A DNA stretch of 64,000 nucleotides from Malacoraja senta (lineage: Eukaryota): assembly GCA_038087875.1 (NCBI GenBank), contig CM075991.1, positions 1,550,001-1,614,000 on the forward strand, written 5' to 3'. How positions within the stretch are numbered: the first letter of the stretch is position 1; every line of letters starts with the position of its first letter. The notes under the pieces are model-generated. The model did not search any database and was not told where the DNA came from. It saw only the letters and a list, made by a program, of their open reading frames with translations. This document shows positions 38,541 to 51,012 of the stretch, one piece after another. The position numbers and the translations under genes are program-made.

Positions 38541-39674
38541 GAATTGAATGTAGATTTGTCACCGATTTTTTTCAAGGACCTGAGTGCCGAGCTCCCACCT
38601 GGGAGCCCATTTGCAATATGGGAGATCAATTATTTATTACTTTGTGACCTTACTCAGTTCAAACAGGAGTTGTGGGCTCAAATGATGATGGTCAAATTGC
38701 CATGGTCCAGCCATATCTCATAACCGAATGCCTGGGGCTGAATAACAAATCATCATTTTTATTTTACCTATCCCGAAGGGCAGTGCTTTTTGCCCTTTCG
38801 TCATTGTCTTTGGGTACACTTCCTAAACTACTCTTGAATGAACCTCTTATTGTCGGCTAGCAAGTTACAAGATTTATCGACAACAAGAGTGAAATATCAA
38901 TGATATTGTTCCAAATCAGCAAACGTGATAGGGACACGCAATCAAGGGTACACTTTTCAGTGTGTAGATAGTCATTGCTTCATGTTCAGGATCACAGGGA
39001 GCTCTCGTGAAATAAGATTAGCCTACCACCAAGCTTCACGGATAGGTAGGCAGTGGCATTTTGTCTATACCTGGATAGCAATTGAAGAATGAAACATAAC
39101 GTAACCCGTTGAAAATGATGCTTACTACATTATGAAAAGGAAAGGCGGGAAACGAACGCTAATGTGCACATAAAGTAGCACACATGTCTGGCCATATTTA
39201 GGACACGGAGAGATCTGTTTGCCACAAACATCTGCGATGCATACGGCAAAACTTTAATGAACGGTGTCAGGGTACTCTGGGGTCAGGCGCACGTGGATTG
39301 GGTGTTGAAAAGTTATCCAGCAGGGGATTTGTAGGTAGACTGCCAGAAACGTCAATGTTTATGGATTGATGGACAGGGGCATTTTGTGCCTTACCCCACG
39401 TGGCTAGACGGACCCATCAACTGTGACTGTAGGGATATGATCACCGCCCTAGGCACATGGGTACATATTTATCGTCGCTGCAGATTGTGAATGGTGGTTT
39501 AACGATCCCTGGGACAGTTTTGATGAGATGTTAGCCCTATGGCACGAGCAATCTGGATGATGGAATGGATATCACGGAGCTGGCCGCGAATAACTATTAT
39601 GCACGAATTATGCTCGCGGCGGCGAAAGGCAAGGGGCTTGAACTTTGGACAACAAAGCTGACGCTGGGCCACGC

Positions 39675-40582
39675 TCACTGAGTGTCTTTGCGAGTGAACT
39701 GAGTCACCAGGGTAACAGGATATTTCACGGCGCTCTCCAACTGTTCTCTAAACCTTGACTGCGTCGCCACGTAAATAAAGGTGTTAGTGCAGCAGCTGAT
39801 ATTTCTCAGCAAATAGCCAACGTTGTTAAAGATAAGGTCAAAATCAGTGAACTCTAACCCTCTTGCTGTCGTTTGATAATAGAAGAATTCTATTATATTC
39901 GTCAGCCACAGGAGTATTAGGCTACCGGATAGAGCGAGGAGTAAACCAACAGACCTCCTCCTGCTCTCCATCTCAGGGTCATTGCGGTCCCCCCCCTTGT
40001 TCTGACCCCTCAGTTCCTTACGGACCCGACTGGTTACTATAATATGTTTGATTGTAAAAGCGTTAAACAGCAGGATTACAGCGAACGGGATTAAAGGAGT
40101 TAAGGCTACATCAAATGAATCGTATCCCACCCACCTGGAGTCAGTGAAATAACTTAACTTGATAGAGCAGCCCCACGGAATATTGTCGATGATCTCTCCA
40201 GGGTCATAAGTGAAGTACATGGGTACGTTTTTCAGACAGAGCAGAACGCCGGTTGTTGCGAGAACCACTGCTGCGTTTTTCCCGGTGCAATATTTTGTTT
40301 TCAGTTTCTGGCAACAAATGGCGACAAATCGATCAAAGGTGAAAGTGACGGTGAACCAGACAGAACAGTCTGTGGCCGCACTACGTAGGGCAAGGACGAC
40401 GCTGCAGATCGGAGTTATGTCCAAAAAACACTTTGGGAAATAATGATATTTGAGGCGACTCAAAATAACCTCGGTGATGATGAGCAGTAAATCTGCAATT
40501 GCCATGGCCACGAGGTAGCGAGTTGTGCAGGTGGATAAGCCGCACTTTCCCCGGGACAGGATCAAAATCGCGATTAAATTCA
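39675..40582 (-). CDS. Exon 2 of an orphan class A GPCR, GPR139/GPR142-like
   Basis: Open frame; AMAIADLL (TM2), FTFDRFVAIC (TM3), P..P...ILLFN (TM5), SCCTNTFIY (TM7); acceptor ttatctttccccAG| at 40583/40582. Confidence 0.92.
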
Positions 40583-41444
40583 CTGGGGAAAGATAAGATA
40601 ATAAACGTTGAAGATTACGAAAACAATAAATCCGGGGTCAGTCAGAGTCCGTTTGGAGTTCTAGTCAGTTATTGCGTTTTTTTCTAAAATAATGCGCAAA
40701 ACTTCCCCATTCCCGACCGGGTCGAGGTAAAATAGGACGAAATAACCGATGTTAAGCCTGGAGCGCAAACGAACCGGAAAATCTGCCGGCTTTGTCGAAT
40801 GTTTTCATGTTGCTGGAGATCTCTTGAGCAACATGTTTTCCAGATGTAATTGGTGAAGAATAATGCTGGACGCGGTAAAATAAGGTGTGATTAATGTGAA
40901 ATAAGAAATCCAATTAATTGTGGCGTCCGGCACTAGAATATTTATGATTCTGTTCGTTCCATACTGAGGTAATGCTGTTATAAACAGGCGTTCTCGGTGA
41001 CTCTCGTAGGTACTAGTGCAGTGAATGGCGCACATTGTGTACCATTTCACCCTGCACACTCGCTTATTGTTCAGTGGAAGATGAGTCACGAATCATCTGA
41101 GCCAAAGTATTACTCATCCCTTAACCGGGTGTCCAAAATAGTCAATGAGAGTCAGAATGTCAGAGTTTTCCATCTTAATTCGTTGCACGGGATCATCTGG
41201 TACGCCTTTACCATATGATGCAGTTGCTTACAACTGGACACATTCTGTAGCATTAAATAGGCTCTGTAATACATTCCTCTAAAACTGTCACCCTTGAAAT
41301 CGGCACTCACTATACCAGGGCCACATTATCAGGGCTCAATTGGAGCAGCTAAGTGGAGAAAAGCCAGTTCATTAACGCATAGAAAAGTAGCAAATTAAGA
41401 TGCCGGCTGCTTGGCTCGATTTGCATTGCAAACAATCGTGATTA

Positions 41445-41675
41445 ATCTCTCTCTCTCTCTCTCTCCCCCCCCCCTCTCTCTCTCTCTCGCTCTCTTTCTT
41501 TCTCTCTCTCTCTTTCTCCCCTCTCTCTCCCTCTCTCTCCCCTCTCTCTCTCCCTCCCCCTTCCCCCTCTATCTCTATCTCTCCCTCTCTTCTTCTCTCT
41601 TTGTCTCTCTCGTTCTTCCTCTCTCGAGCTTCCGCTAGCTCACTCCCAATCTCTCTCTTCACCCCTCTCTCTCCC
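41445..41675. repeat. (CT)n-rich polypyrimidine tract in the GPCR intron
   Basis: Direct inspection. Confidence 0.9.
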
Positions 41676-42817
41676 ACTCTTATAATTGAATAAATGTCGC
41701 TTCACCGCAACCGTAAGGACCTCAACCCATATCACGAGATTATTTGCTGTTTCCCGACCTGCAACCCAGCTGAGAAATATTCTTCCTGAACCCAGTTTAT
41801 CAGCCGTGTTTTCCTTCTGTGGTAAAATGCTGGTGTCATACTGAATAGCATTCCACAGTAACAGTGAAAAGCACTGGTTCTTGACCTATTCCATTTGTTT
41901 CCTCTCTCCAATTGTTCTACGACTAATTTCCGTGGGTTTTAATTCTGTATTCCGGTCTGTTGTGGATATGTATCAAAGGCAGACTGGAAATATACCTCGT
42001 CGCATCTGCTTGTGCTGCTTTACAAACAAAATCCTGATTTTCGAAATCTCGAAACGAATTCCCATTTATAAATCGATATCCAATTAATTCTATTAAACAT
42101 CACAAAGTGTCTCTTTCATTTCCTCTTCTCTCCTATACCTTCGGCAAAGGTATACAAATTTGAAATCAGGTTCTACCAGATTCAAGAACAGCTTCTTCCC
42201 ACTGTTATCGGATAATTCAGTAGGCTTTTCATAAGCTATGATTGTGTCTCCGATTTCCCAATCTACCCCGTTAGGTCCCATTCACTTAAAATTAATTGTG
42301 GTGTCTGTAACATTATATTATAGATCTGTAGCAATATAATATGTACTTTGTTTCCGTTCGCTGTTTGCACAATTTGTACTCGTGCATGGTTTGATCGTTT
42401 TCATTGTTGGTATGATTTAACGATGTAGATGGTAATAATAGCTAAGCAATACTAATTCTTTCCTAAACGATTGTAATATGTTTCACACCGCGATGTCCAG
42501 CCTAGCTTTCTGTAATTGCGGGTTCGTCCTCCATCGTTTCTGAAATATGTTAGTTGCATTTGCCCAGTCAGTATGCAAGACATGTTTCATGATCGATAGT
42601 CATTTTTGGAAAACGGTAAACAAAACATGCGGTCTTCCAATGGCTACATGTGAGTTATCGGCTTTCAGTAGCATCAACTGCTACAAGGCCATTATTATTT
42701 AACTGTGTAATATAATTTACTCAGTTCTCTTCTAACCGTGATTCTAGAGACCCCTGTGAAGGTTTTCGATTCAGTTGTTCAGCGTGGAAACAGCCGTTGC
42801 GGCCCTCAGTGTCTAAG

Positions 42818-43858
42818 TAGCAATGTTACAAAATTTTGAGATTTAAAAAATAAAGTCTGCAATTTATCCCATCAGATAAAGCATAAAAAGAAGTTTAATT
42901 TGACACTTAATTCACTTTCATATCTTCAGTATTAAAAAAGTTATGGCCATTATCATACTCAGAAATTAGCATCTAGTTCCCTATTGCTTTTCCATTGACT
43001 TAACACAAAAGCTGTGATCGAGGACAGTTAAAAGCCCATAACTTTCTTAAAAATTATGGTAACTGAAAGAAATTTTCAGGTATTATAGATTGAAGCATTC
43101 TGAAACAAATATGAAACAATCTTACTTCGAAGACATGAAAGTAAAGCATATAATTAGTTAGTTACCTAATTGTAGCTAATTACAAAATTCAATTACTAGA
43201 TCTAAACATCTATCAATTTCTTAAGAATAGATTAACATTTTTAAATAGCCTAAGTGTCCAAATAACATTCACACAATAATTCACAATATAACATAATTTT
43301 TAAATCTAATTTTCATGAATTTACAGGCCAAATGGAAGGAATTGAATGTTTAATACCTGTAAATTAATGGGGATTTAATTCATCTTGCGAGTGAGAATTT
43401 CTGGAACGCGATCTTTTGGAACGTTCATTTGCGGTGAATTTAACCCCGTATTGGCATGAAAAATACTGCCGTTAATTCGGGGAATAAAATCACCGTGTCG
43501 CATGACAAAATGTGAATTAAAGGCTTCTTAAGAAGCACTTTTATACATTTAAAGAAAGCACTTTCGTTTACCTGTCCATTGTGTGAAATCCGTCCCCGTT
43601 ATTGGCGTTGACGCTTCAGGAGCTGCTTTTAAAATGACTGTAGCGCTGACATTGACGATTTAATAATTTAAAAAAATTCACAATACGCCGGTAGGAACGA
43701 TTTTGTCATCGAAGTTTTGTACTCCAACAAAATATTTCCAGGACAAGGAAGGAGAAACCGCGTTTTAACCCCGCCCCCCCCTTAAAGGCGCCAAAATCGC
43801 GCACACGGCCAGTGGCAGAATTACAGCGCGACTGAAGGTAAGTTTTGTAACATACCTA
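42818..43858. mobile_element. Non-autonomous DNA transposon with 7-bp TSD in the GPCR intron
   Basis: TIR TAGCAATGTTACAAAATTT / AAGTTTTGTAACATACCTA; GTCTAAG at 42811-42817 and 43859-43865. Confidence 0.75.
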
Positions 43859-44063
43859 GTCTAAGCTGACCCGCATGTTAGCTATATAATTCCACCTACG
43901 TTCATTCATTCCATACTTCTCTATGCCTTGCTCATTCAGTCTCGCTTCGTGTTCGCCTCCATTAAAATGAACACAAGTATACGTTTAATCAATACACCTT
44001 TCACCTATTTCAAATTGTAACATTTTGACACAGATTTAAACTTGAATCACCGCACCTACTTAC

Positions 44064-44130
44064 CAGGAACTCCTATGCCAGCAATGAACACATAAAATAT
44101 TCTGTCGACACGGCGGTATGTTTCCCACAT
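44064..44130 (-). CDS. Exon 1 of the GPR139/GPR142-like GPCR (MWETYRRVDRIFYVFIAGIGVP)
   Basis: ATG at 44130; donor CTG|GTAAGT at 44064/44063; phase 1 matches exon 2 and completes TM1 (GIGVPVNLIAI); 67+908=975 nt, 324 aa. Confidence 0.88.
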
Positions 44131-44204
44131 TTTCTACATGAAGTGCGTGAACCTTTATGCTGCCGGCAGCTGTTTCAAAATGAAGGTGAGATGTATTGTC
44201 CGAG

Positions 44205-44212
44205 TTTATAAA
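44205..44212 (-). promoter_or_regulatory. Candidate TATA box of the GPCR gene
   Basis: TTTATAAA about 75 bp upstream of the ATG. Confidence 0.35.
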
Positions 44213-44743
44213 CGCATTGAGATCTCATCGGGGTATTGAGGGTTCAACAGATTCAAAAGTAAGTGATTCAATAACAGGTGCAATTAGATGACGACAGCTC
44301 CGTGAAATCCATGATCCATGAATTTGTGTTTGCTGCAGGGACTTAATTGCGAAACACAAGACAGAAATGTGATATCATTCATGGGTGACATGAGAGAGCA
44401 ACATCCACACTGTACTAGGAATATAGTTCAAACACATTCTGAAACGTCCTCCCTCTCATCTGGCCGTTATTCCGCAATATTGTTCGCTGCACGATACTAC
44501 TAGGGACGTTGGGGACTCCTTGGGTACACATATTTGAACGTGAGCATATGTTAACTTCTGCGGTGGATTAAATAAATTAAGAGATCACATCAATATAACG
44601 GTATCAAACTGATTACACTAATGTAGGCAATTCAGAGCACACGCCTGGATTCCACAGACCAATATACACACGCAGGCTATTATAAACGTTCATTCTCACA
44701 ACCAGCTGCATAGCCGTAGTGCATGTAACCGTTTAGGTCACAG

Positions 44744-45249
44744 TGTTAAAGAAGGAACTGCAGATGCTGGAAAATCGAAGGTACACAAAAATGCTGGAGA
44801 AACTCAGCGGGTGCAGCAGCATCTATGGAGCGAAGGAAATAGGTAACGTTTCGGGCCGAAACCCTTCTTCAGACTGATAGGGGGTGGGGAGAAGAAAGGA
44901 AAAAAGGACAAAGGCGGAGGAGGAGCCCGAGGGCTGGGGGAGGGGAGGAGACAACCAGATGGCTGATGAAGGGGAGGGGACAGCAAGGGCTAGCAGAATT
45001 GGGAGAATTCAATGTTGAGGCCCTCAGGATGTAGACTGCCCAAGCGGAATATGAGGTGCATTTCCTCCAATTTACGGTGTTGCTCGCTGTGGCCATGGAG
45101 GAGACCCAGGACAGAGAGGTCAGATACGGAATGGGAGGGGGAGTTGAAGTGCTGAGCCACCGGGAGTTCAGGTTGGTTATTGCGGACCGACCGGAGGTGT
45201 TCGGCGAAACGATCGCCAAGCCTCCGCTTGGTCTCACCGATGTAGATCT
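44744..45249 (-). mobile_element. Penelope 3' fragment (GIY-YIG C-terminus + tail)
   Basis: IYIGETKRRLGDRFAEHLRSVR...HFNS...EE.HLIFRLGSLHP.GLN; tail motif 44844-44872. Confidence 0.9.
44844..44872 (-). ncRNA. Minimal hammerhead ribozyme motif (PLE type)
   Basis: CUGAAGA-A-GGGU(UUCG)GCCC-GAAAC-GUU. Confidence 0.55.
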
Positions 45250-45842
45250 TTTTCACTTTGTCCACATTACCGCTGTCCGTAGTCGTGTTGTACCTCAATA
45301 ACGCGATCTCACCAAGGACTACTTACTTGCGATCGGACTGATAGCTTGTATAATTTCGTGGTGTAATTGTGTTTTAATCTTTTGTAAATCACTCAATATG
45401 CCAAGATCCTACCGGATACAATTACTCCTCACGTTTTGCATATTATTCCCGCCATTCGGCCCCTCGAACCTGCTCTGTTTTTCGATCATGTCATGGATAT
45501 GTAACCTTCACATAATCTTCGAGTGCAAATTTCATGCACATTGATTGTTTTAACGTCCATAGATCTATCACCTCTGTCCTGAATAATCGACGACTGAACC
45601 CTCACCGCCATTCGAGGGGAGAAATCCAAAGATTCACCAACTTCTGGGTGAAGTAATATCATTTCAACAGGGTTCTAAACGGCACACTGTTCAGAATGGA
45701 TGTACTCTTACCGAGTTCTACATAAACATAGTTTCTCTAATTGTTCGTTTGGTTCACAGAAAAACCCAGGTGTATGATCCCCATTGAACACTGAGTGCAT
45801 TCCTGTTATCTCTACGTTCATATATATATATATGTTTGTGCG

Positions 45843-45937
45843 AAGGTAGACACAACATGCTGGAGTAACTCAGGGGGTGAGGCAGCAGCTCTGGAGAGAA
45901 GGAATGGGCGATGTTTCGGGTCGAGACCCTTCTTCAG
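45843..45937 (-). mobile_element. Solo PLE tail abutting the Helitron
   Basis: Reverse complement ctgaagaagggtctcgacccgaaacatc..gagttactccagca. Confidence 0.8.
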
Positions 45938-46233
45938 CTCAGTCACTCAGGCCTGGTGGGCTGGCAGCTCAGTCACCCAGGCCTGGTGGGCTGGCAGCTC
46001 AGTCACTCAGGCCTGGTGGGCTGGCACCTCAGTCACTCAGGGCTGATGGGCTGGCAGCTCAGTCACTCAGGCCTGGTGGGCTGGCAGCTCAGTCACTCAG
46101 GGCAGGTGGGCTGGCAGATTAGTCACTCAGGGCTGGCAGATCAGTCACTCAGGGCTGGTGGGCTGGCAGATCAGTCACTCAGGGCTGGTTGGTTGACAGA
46201 TCAGTCACTTAGGGCTGATGGGTTGGCAGCTCA
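45935..46233. repeat. 30-bp minisatellite
   Basis: Unit cagctcagtcactcaggcctggtgggctgg, about 10 copies. Confidence 0.9.
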
Positions 46234-46659
46234 GAAACTGCCAGAAATTCTGCCCAAAACAAGTGACTTTGTGAGAGAGAATGTGGAGAGGGTGGAGAAT
46301 CAATTTTTGACATTTATCATCTCTTTCTGCAGATCATAGCTATGAAGGAGGAAAGTCTATCCTGGCCTGGATCCCACAGGGAGCCAATGAAGGGAGGAAG
46401 AAAAATACTGGGGTAAGGTTTAATACTTACAGGAGGAATACATACTGATGGGCTGAAGGGACACCTCCTGGGCTAGAACAAGGCTATTGGGGGGAAAGGA
46501 CATCTCAGTGAAAGGCACTTTTTCTGGACTTTTCCTGGCCTGGCACGGGCCTTTTGGGACAAAATGCTGCTCCTGAGCTAATACGGCAATTTTGGGCAAA
46601 AGGGATTTATTTCTGGGCTAATAGGGGCGTTGCGCGCCAAAATGGGTGGTTTCAGGTAG

Positions 46660-47870
46660 GCCAAACAACTCATTTCCATTTCAAGCTCAGTGCAAGGCCA
46701 ACAACTCATTTCATTTCAATTTCAAGCACAATGCAAGGCCAACAACTCATTTCATTACTATTTCAAGCATAGTGCAAGGCCAAAAACTCATATCATTTCC
46801 ATTTCAAGCACAGTGCAAGGCGAACAAATCATTTCATTTCCATTTCAAGCACGGTGCAAGGCGAACAACTCATTTTATTTCCATTTCAAGCACGGTGCAA
46901 GGCCAACAACTCACTTAATTTCCATTCCAAGCACGGTGCAAGGCCAACAACTCATTTCATTTCCATTTCAAGCACAGTGCAAGGCCAACAACTCATGTCA
47001 TTTCCATTTCAAGCACAGTACAAGGCCAACAAATCATTTCATTTCCATTTCAAGCACAGTGCACAGCCAGCAACTCACTTCATTTCCATTTCAAGCACGG
47101 TGCAAGGCCAACAACTCATTTCATTTCCATTTCAAGCACCGTGCAAGGCCAACACCTCACTTCATTTCCATTTCAAGTACGGTGCAAGGCCAACAACTCA
47201 TTTCATTTCCATTTCAAACACGGTGCAAGGCCAACAACTCACTTCATTTCCATTTCAAGCACGGTACAAGGCCAATAATTCATTTCATTTCCATTTCAAG
47301 CATGGTGCAAGGCCAACAACTCATTTCACTTCTATTTCAAGCATGGTGCAAGGCCAACATCTGATTTTGTTTACATTTCAAGCACAGTGCAAGGCCAACA
47401 ACTCATGTCATTTCCATTTCAAGCACAGTGCAAGGCCAACAAATCATTTCATTTCCATTTCAAGCACGGTGCACAGCCAACAACTCACTTCATTTCCATT
47501 TCAAGCACGGTGCAAGGCCAACAACTCATTTCATTTCCGTTTCAAGCACGGTGCAAGGCCAACACCTCATTTCATTTGCATTTCACGTACGGTGCAAGGC
47601 CAACAACTCATTTCATTTCCATTTCAAGCACTGTGCAAGGCCAACAACTCACTTCATTTCCATTTCAAGCACGGTACAAGGCCAATAATTCATTTCATTT
47701 CCATATCAAGCACGGTGCAAAGCCAACAGCCTATTTAGTTTCCATTTCAAGCACAGTGCAAGGCCAACAACTCATATCATTTCCATTTCAAGCACAGTGC
47801 AAGTCCAACAACTAATTTCCTTTCCATTTCAAGCATAGTGCAGGCCAACAACTTATTTCAAGCACAGTGC
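46660..47870. repeat. 41-bp satellite array
   Basis: Unit caaggccaacaactcatttcatttccatttcaagcacggtg, about 29 copies. Confidence 0.95.
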
Positions 47871-49156
47871 AGTAGACGGCGTAGAATCATGGAATAGACT
47901 CATAGTTCTGGACTCAACTCTCACTCACATTCTTCCAGAGTGACTGACACGTCCGGCCTCCGGGGATTTAGTCTCCTGGGCCCCCGGAAGGGGAGAGACC
48001 TTCATCATGGTTACTGACAGGCGAGAATACCAATCAGCTGATCTCAAAATGTTATAAACATTCATAACATTTGTATTATTTCACTGATCGGAAAAAACCT
48101 TGGGGCGGTTGGAGGAGAGGAGGATGGTGAGTCAGATGGCGAAAAATAATAGCGATATAGGGTAGCGTTTTTTTCTAAAATGTACTTACGACGTAGACAG
48201 AAAGTGGTCAAGATGAGACTTTTAGTAATAGTATAGATAGTCATGAAGTTATACTGCTCTGGAACTAGCCCTTTGGTGCAATTCGTCAATGACGATCAAG
48301 ATACTCCATCCAAGCTAGGTTGCATTTCCCCTGGTTTGGCCCATGTCCCACTGAACCTTTTCCTGTCTAAGTACCTGTCACCCCTGCCAGCTCCTTCAAT
48401 ATAAACAACACAGTGTGAAAATGTTTCCCTTTGTGCTCCTATTACATATTTTTCGTCTCACCCCAATAATTTGCTGTTAGCAGTTCCTTATTTATTAAAT
48501 GCTGGGCCCTTTCGTATTTTTTCTAGCCTGAAAAAAGGCAATCACTATCTATTAAGATTCGATACGATAGAACTTTATTTATCCTGGCAGGGAAACAGCC
48601 ATATACAACACAAAGTACAGGGAACATGAAATTAAATTGACAAGTGGAAAGGTTGCAGGGCTGGTCAACGATTGAGGAGGGGTGGGGAGGGGAGTCCGTC
48701 TCAGTCTTAGTTTACCCTATTGCAGAAGGGGGAGGAGTTGAAAAGTTTGATAGGCACAGGGAAGATTGATCTCCTGTTGCATTCTGTCCCGCATCTTGGT
48801 GCAACCAGTATGTTGCTGAAGGTACTCCTCAGGATGCCCACTGTGTCATGAAGGGGGTAGGCTGTATTGTCCAGGATGCTCCGCAGTTTGAGGAGCATCC
48901 TCCCCTCCAAGACCACCTCCCATGAACCTAACTCCGCCCCCAGGACGGAGCCAGCCATCCTGATGAGTTTGTTATCCTGTTGGCATCCGCAGCCTTCGCC
49001 CTGCTGCCCCAGCACACGGAGCCTTCTCAAAAAGTACTGCCGGCTCTGTCTCTTCTTGTGCAGAGCCTCAGTATTCCTGGACCAGTCCAGTTTACTGTCC
49101 AGGTACACTCCAATGTATTTCCAAGATACACCCTGGTAAACTGCACCACACCATTC

Positions 49157-49285
49157 TGTCTGAAGAAGGGTCTTGACCCGAAACGTCAATCATTCTTTCT
49201 CTCCAGAGATGCTGCCTGTCCCGCTTGGTTACTCCAGCCTTTTGTGTCTACCTTTGATTTAAACAAGCATCTGCATTTTTTCCCT
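49157..49285 (+). mobile_element. Solo PLE tail inserted in the Rex1 LINE
   Basis: Matches the other PLE tails. Confidence 0.8.
49160..49187 (+). ncRNA. Minimal hammerhead ribozyme motif (PLE type)
   Basis: CUGAAGA-A-GGGU(CUUG)ACCC-GAAAC-GUC; helix I pairing not evident. Confidence 0.6.
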
Positions 49286-50837
49286 CCATATCCACACTAT
49301 TGATGGAGATTGAGGGGTGTTCCGCTCCTCCCAAAGTCCATCACCAACCGTAGTTTTGTCGGTGTTGAGCTGCAGGTGAGTCAGCCCACACCACTCAACA
49401 AAGTCGTTGACTACACCTCTGTATTCAGCTTCCATCCCCTCGCTGATGTAGCCCACAATTGCAGAATCATCTGAAAAACCTCTGCAGGTGGCAGGGGATG
49501 GAGTTACTGTATATCTGAGGTCCGAGGTGCAGATGGTATAAAGGAAGGGAGAGAGGGCCCTCCCCTGTGGGGCATCTGTGTTGCTCACCACCATGTCCGA
49601 GACACAGTTCTGTAGCCTGACATATTGTGGTCGTCCAGTCAGGTATTTGGTGATCCAGGACACCAATGGACCATCCACCGGCATCTTCGTCGGTTTGCTC
49701 CCTGGCAGTGCAGTTTGGATTGTGTTAAAAGCATTGGAGAAGTCAAAAAACATGTATTTCACAATGCTTCCCTGTTTATCCAAGTGGGCATAGGAACGAT
49801 GGAGCAAGTCCTCGCCCACCATCTTTGTTTGGCAAGCGAACTGCAGGGATCCAGGTAGGGTTTAAGCAAGGGTCGCAGGTGAGAGAGCACCAGCTTCTCC
49901 AGGGACTTCATGATATGTTGTAGATTAGTGTCACTCATAGTGTCATTTAGAAGTCAGCGCCACCGGTCTGTATTCATCGGAGGAGCTAGGGCACGTCTTC
50001 TTTGGTACAAGAACCAGGCAGAATGTCTTCCACATCACACGTACCCTCTCCAGGCTCAGGCTCAGGTTGAAGCAGGGGCTGACATCCCGGGGGGGGGGGG
50101 GGCAGGGGGGACAAGCCCCCCCCTGTTTTGAGAGGTGGGGGACGATCCCCCCATTTTTTGTAATTCGGATTTAAAAACTCGGAAAAACGCTTTCCGCGAG
50201 ACAGTGGAGGTGGGATTGCTGTTCGAGGGCGCCGATTGGACGAGAGAGACGTCGGTCAGGAGGCAATGATAATTCAGCGCGATCATTGGAGGAGGAAGGT
50301 GTCGGTCAGAGGCGGAAGTAGGGGGTGGGACTGAGGATAGAGCGCGGTGATTGGAGGAGGGAGACGTGGCAAAACACTCTCGGCAGCCCTGTACACAGAC
50401 CTGTGCCTCATCCGCAGCCAGGATCGATCCCGGCTCTCCAATCGCTGCCGATCCGCCACTGGACCATCCCCGTCCTCACCAGAGTGCCCCCCCGGGGGTG
50501 GCCAGAGACGTCGGGAGTCAGACGGGAGCTGTGCCCCCAGGCCCACAGCCAGCGTAGAGAAGCAGCGCTAAACCCAGCTCAACTCTGCCTGACCCGCCGG
50601 GTTAACCTACAGCCCTGCCTGGACTTACGGGAAATATGGCCCAGGTTTACAGCCAACGTGAAGCAGCGCTAGCGAGACAGGCAGAGTTGAGCTGCATTTA
50701 GCGCTGGATTGAGCCTCCGAAGCCTCACGTGTGTGTGTGTGTGTGCACGCATGCACGCGCGGCCGCCAAGAAATTGTGCTCCCCTGTCCCCCCCATATTT
50801 TGAAAGCGATTTCCGTGCCCCTAGGAGATTGTGTCTG

Positions 50838-51012
50838 ATTGGCCGCCGAGTGACCAGCGCATTATGTGATTGGACACAATGCCCTTGGAAATGGCGGCTG
50901 ATTGGACGGGAGGAGACCGATTTGTTGATTGGATGGGAATTTTAAGGGAATCTGTCGGTGATTGGACGCAACCCCCTTAGAGACAGCGGTTGATTGGCCG
51001 CCAAATAATTGG
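50838..51012. promoter_or_regulatory. Cluster of seven co-oriented CCAAT boxes with a YY1-like site
   Basis: ATTGG at 50838, 50869, 50901, 50928, 50961, 50993, 51008; AAATGGCGGC ~50889; adjacent CpG-rich DNA. Confidence 0.55.

Larger units (their letters stand above)
45935..48237 (-). mobile_element. Non-autonomous Helitron carrying tandem arrays (3' end missing)
   Basis: Minus-strand 5' end A|TCTATACTATTACTAAAAG at 48238/48237; collinear homology with 57635-59158, which has the hairpin+CTAG end. Confidence 0.7.
48555..49915 (-). mobile_element. Rex1/Babar-clade LINE, degraded
   Basis: MFFDFSNAFNTIQ, PQYVRLQNCVSD, APQG.ALSPFL, SDDSAIVG, LDSKLDWSRNT. Confidence 0.82.

Noticed and set aside
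39675..40583. Single-exon GPCR starting at 40583, as in the ORF track
   Set aside because: The GTG overlaps a splice acceptor and TM1 is incomplete; exon 1 lies at 44064-44130
46646..47815. Long repetitive ORFs (HFKHGARPTT...) or a CRISPR array
   Set aside because: They are translations of a 41-bp satellite; there are no unique spacers and no cas genes, and the context is eukaryotic
50074..50823. hAT MITE (CAGGGGC...GCCCCTA)
   Set aside because: The TIR match is short and I found no TSD; left uncalled
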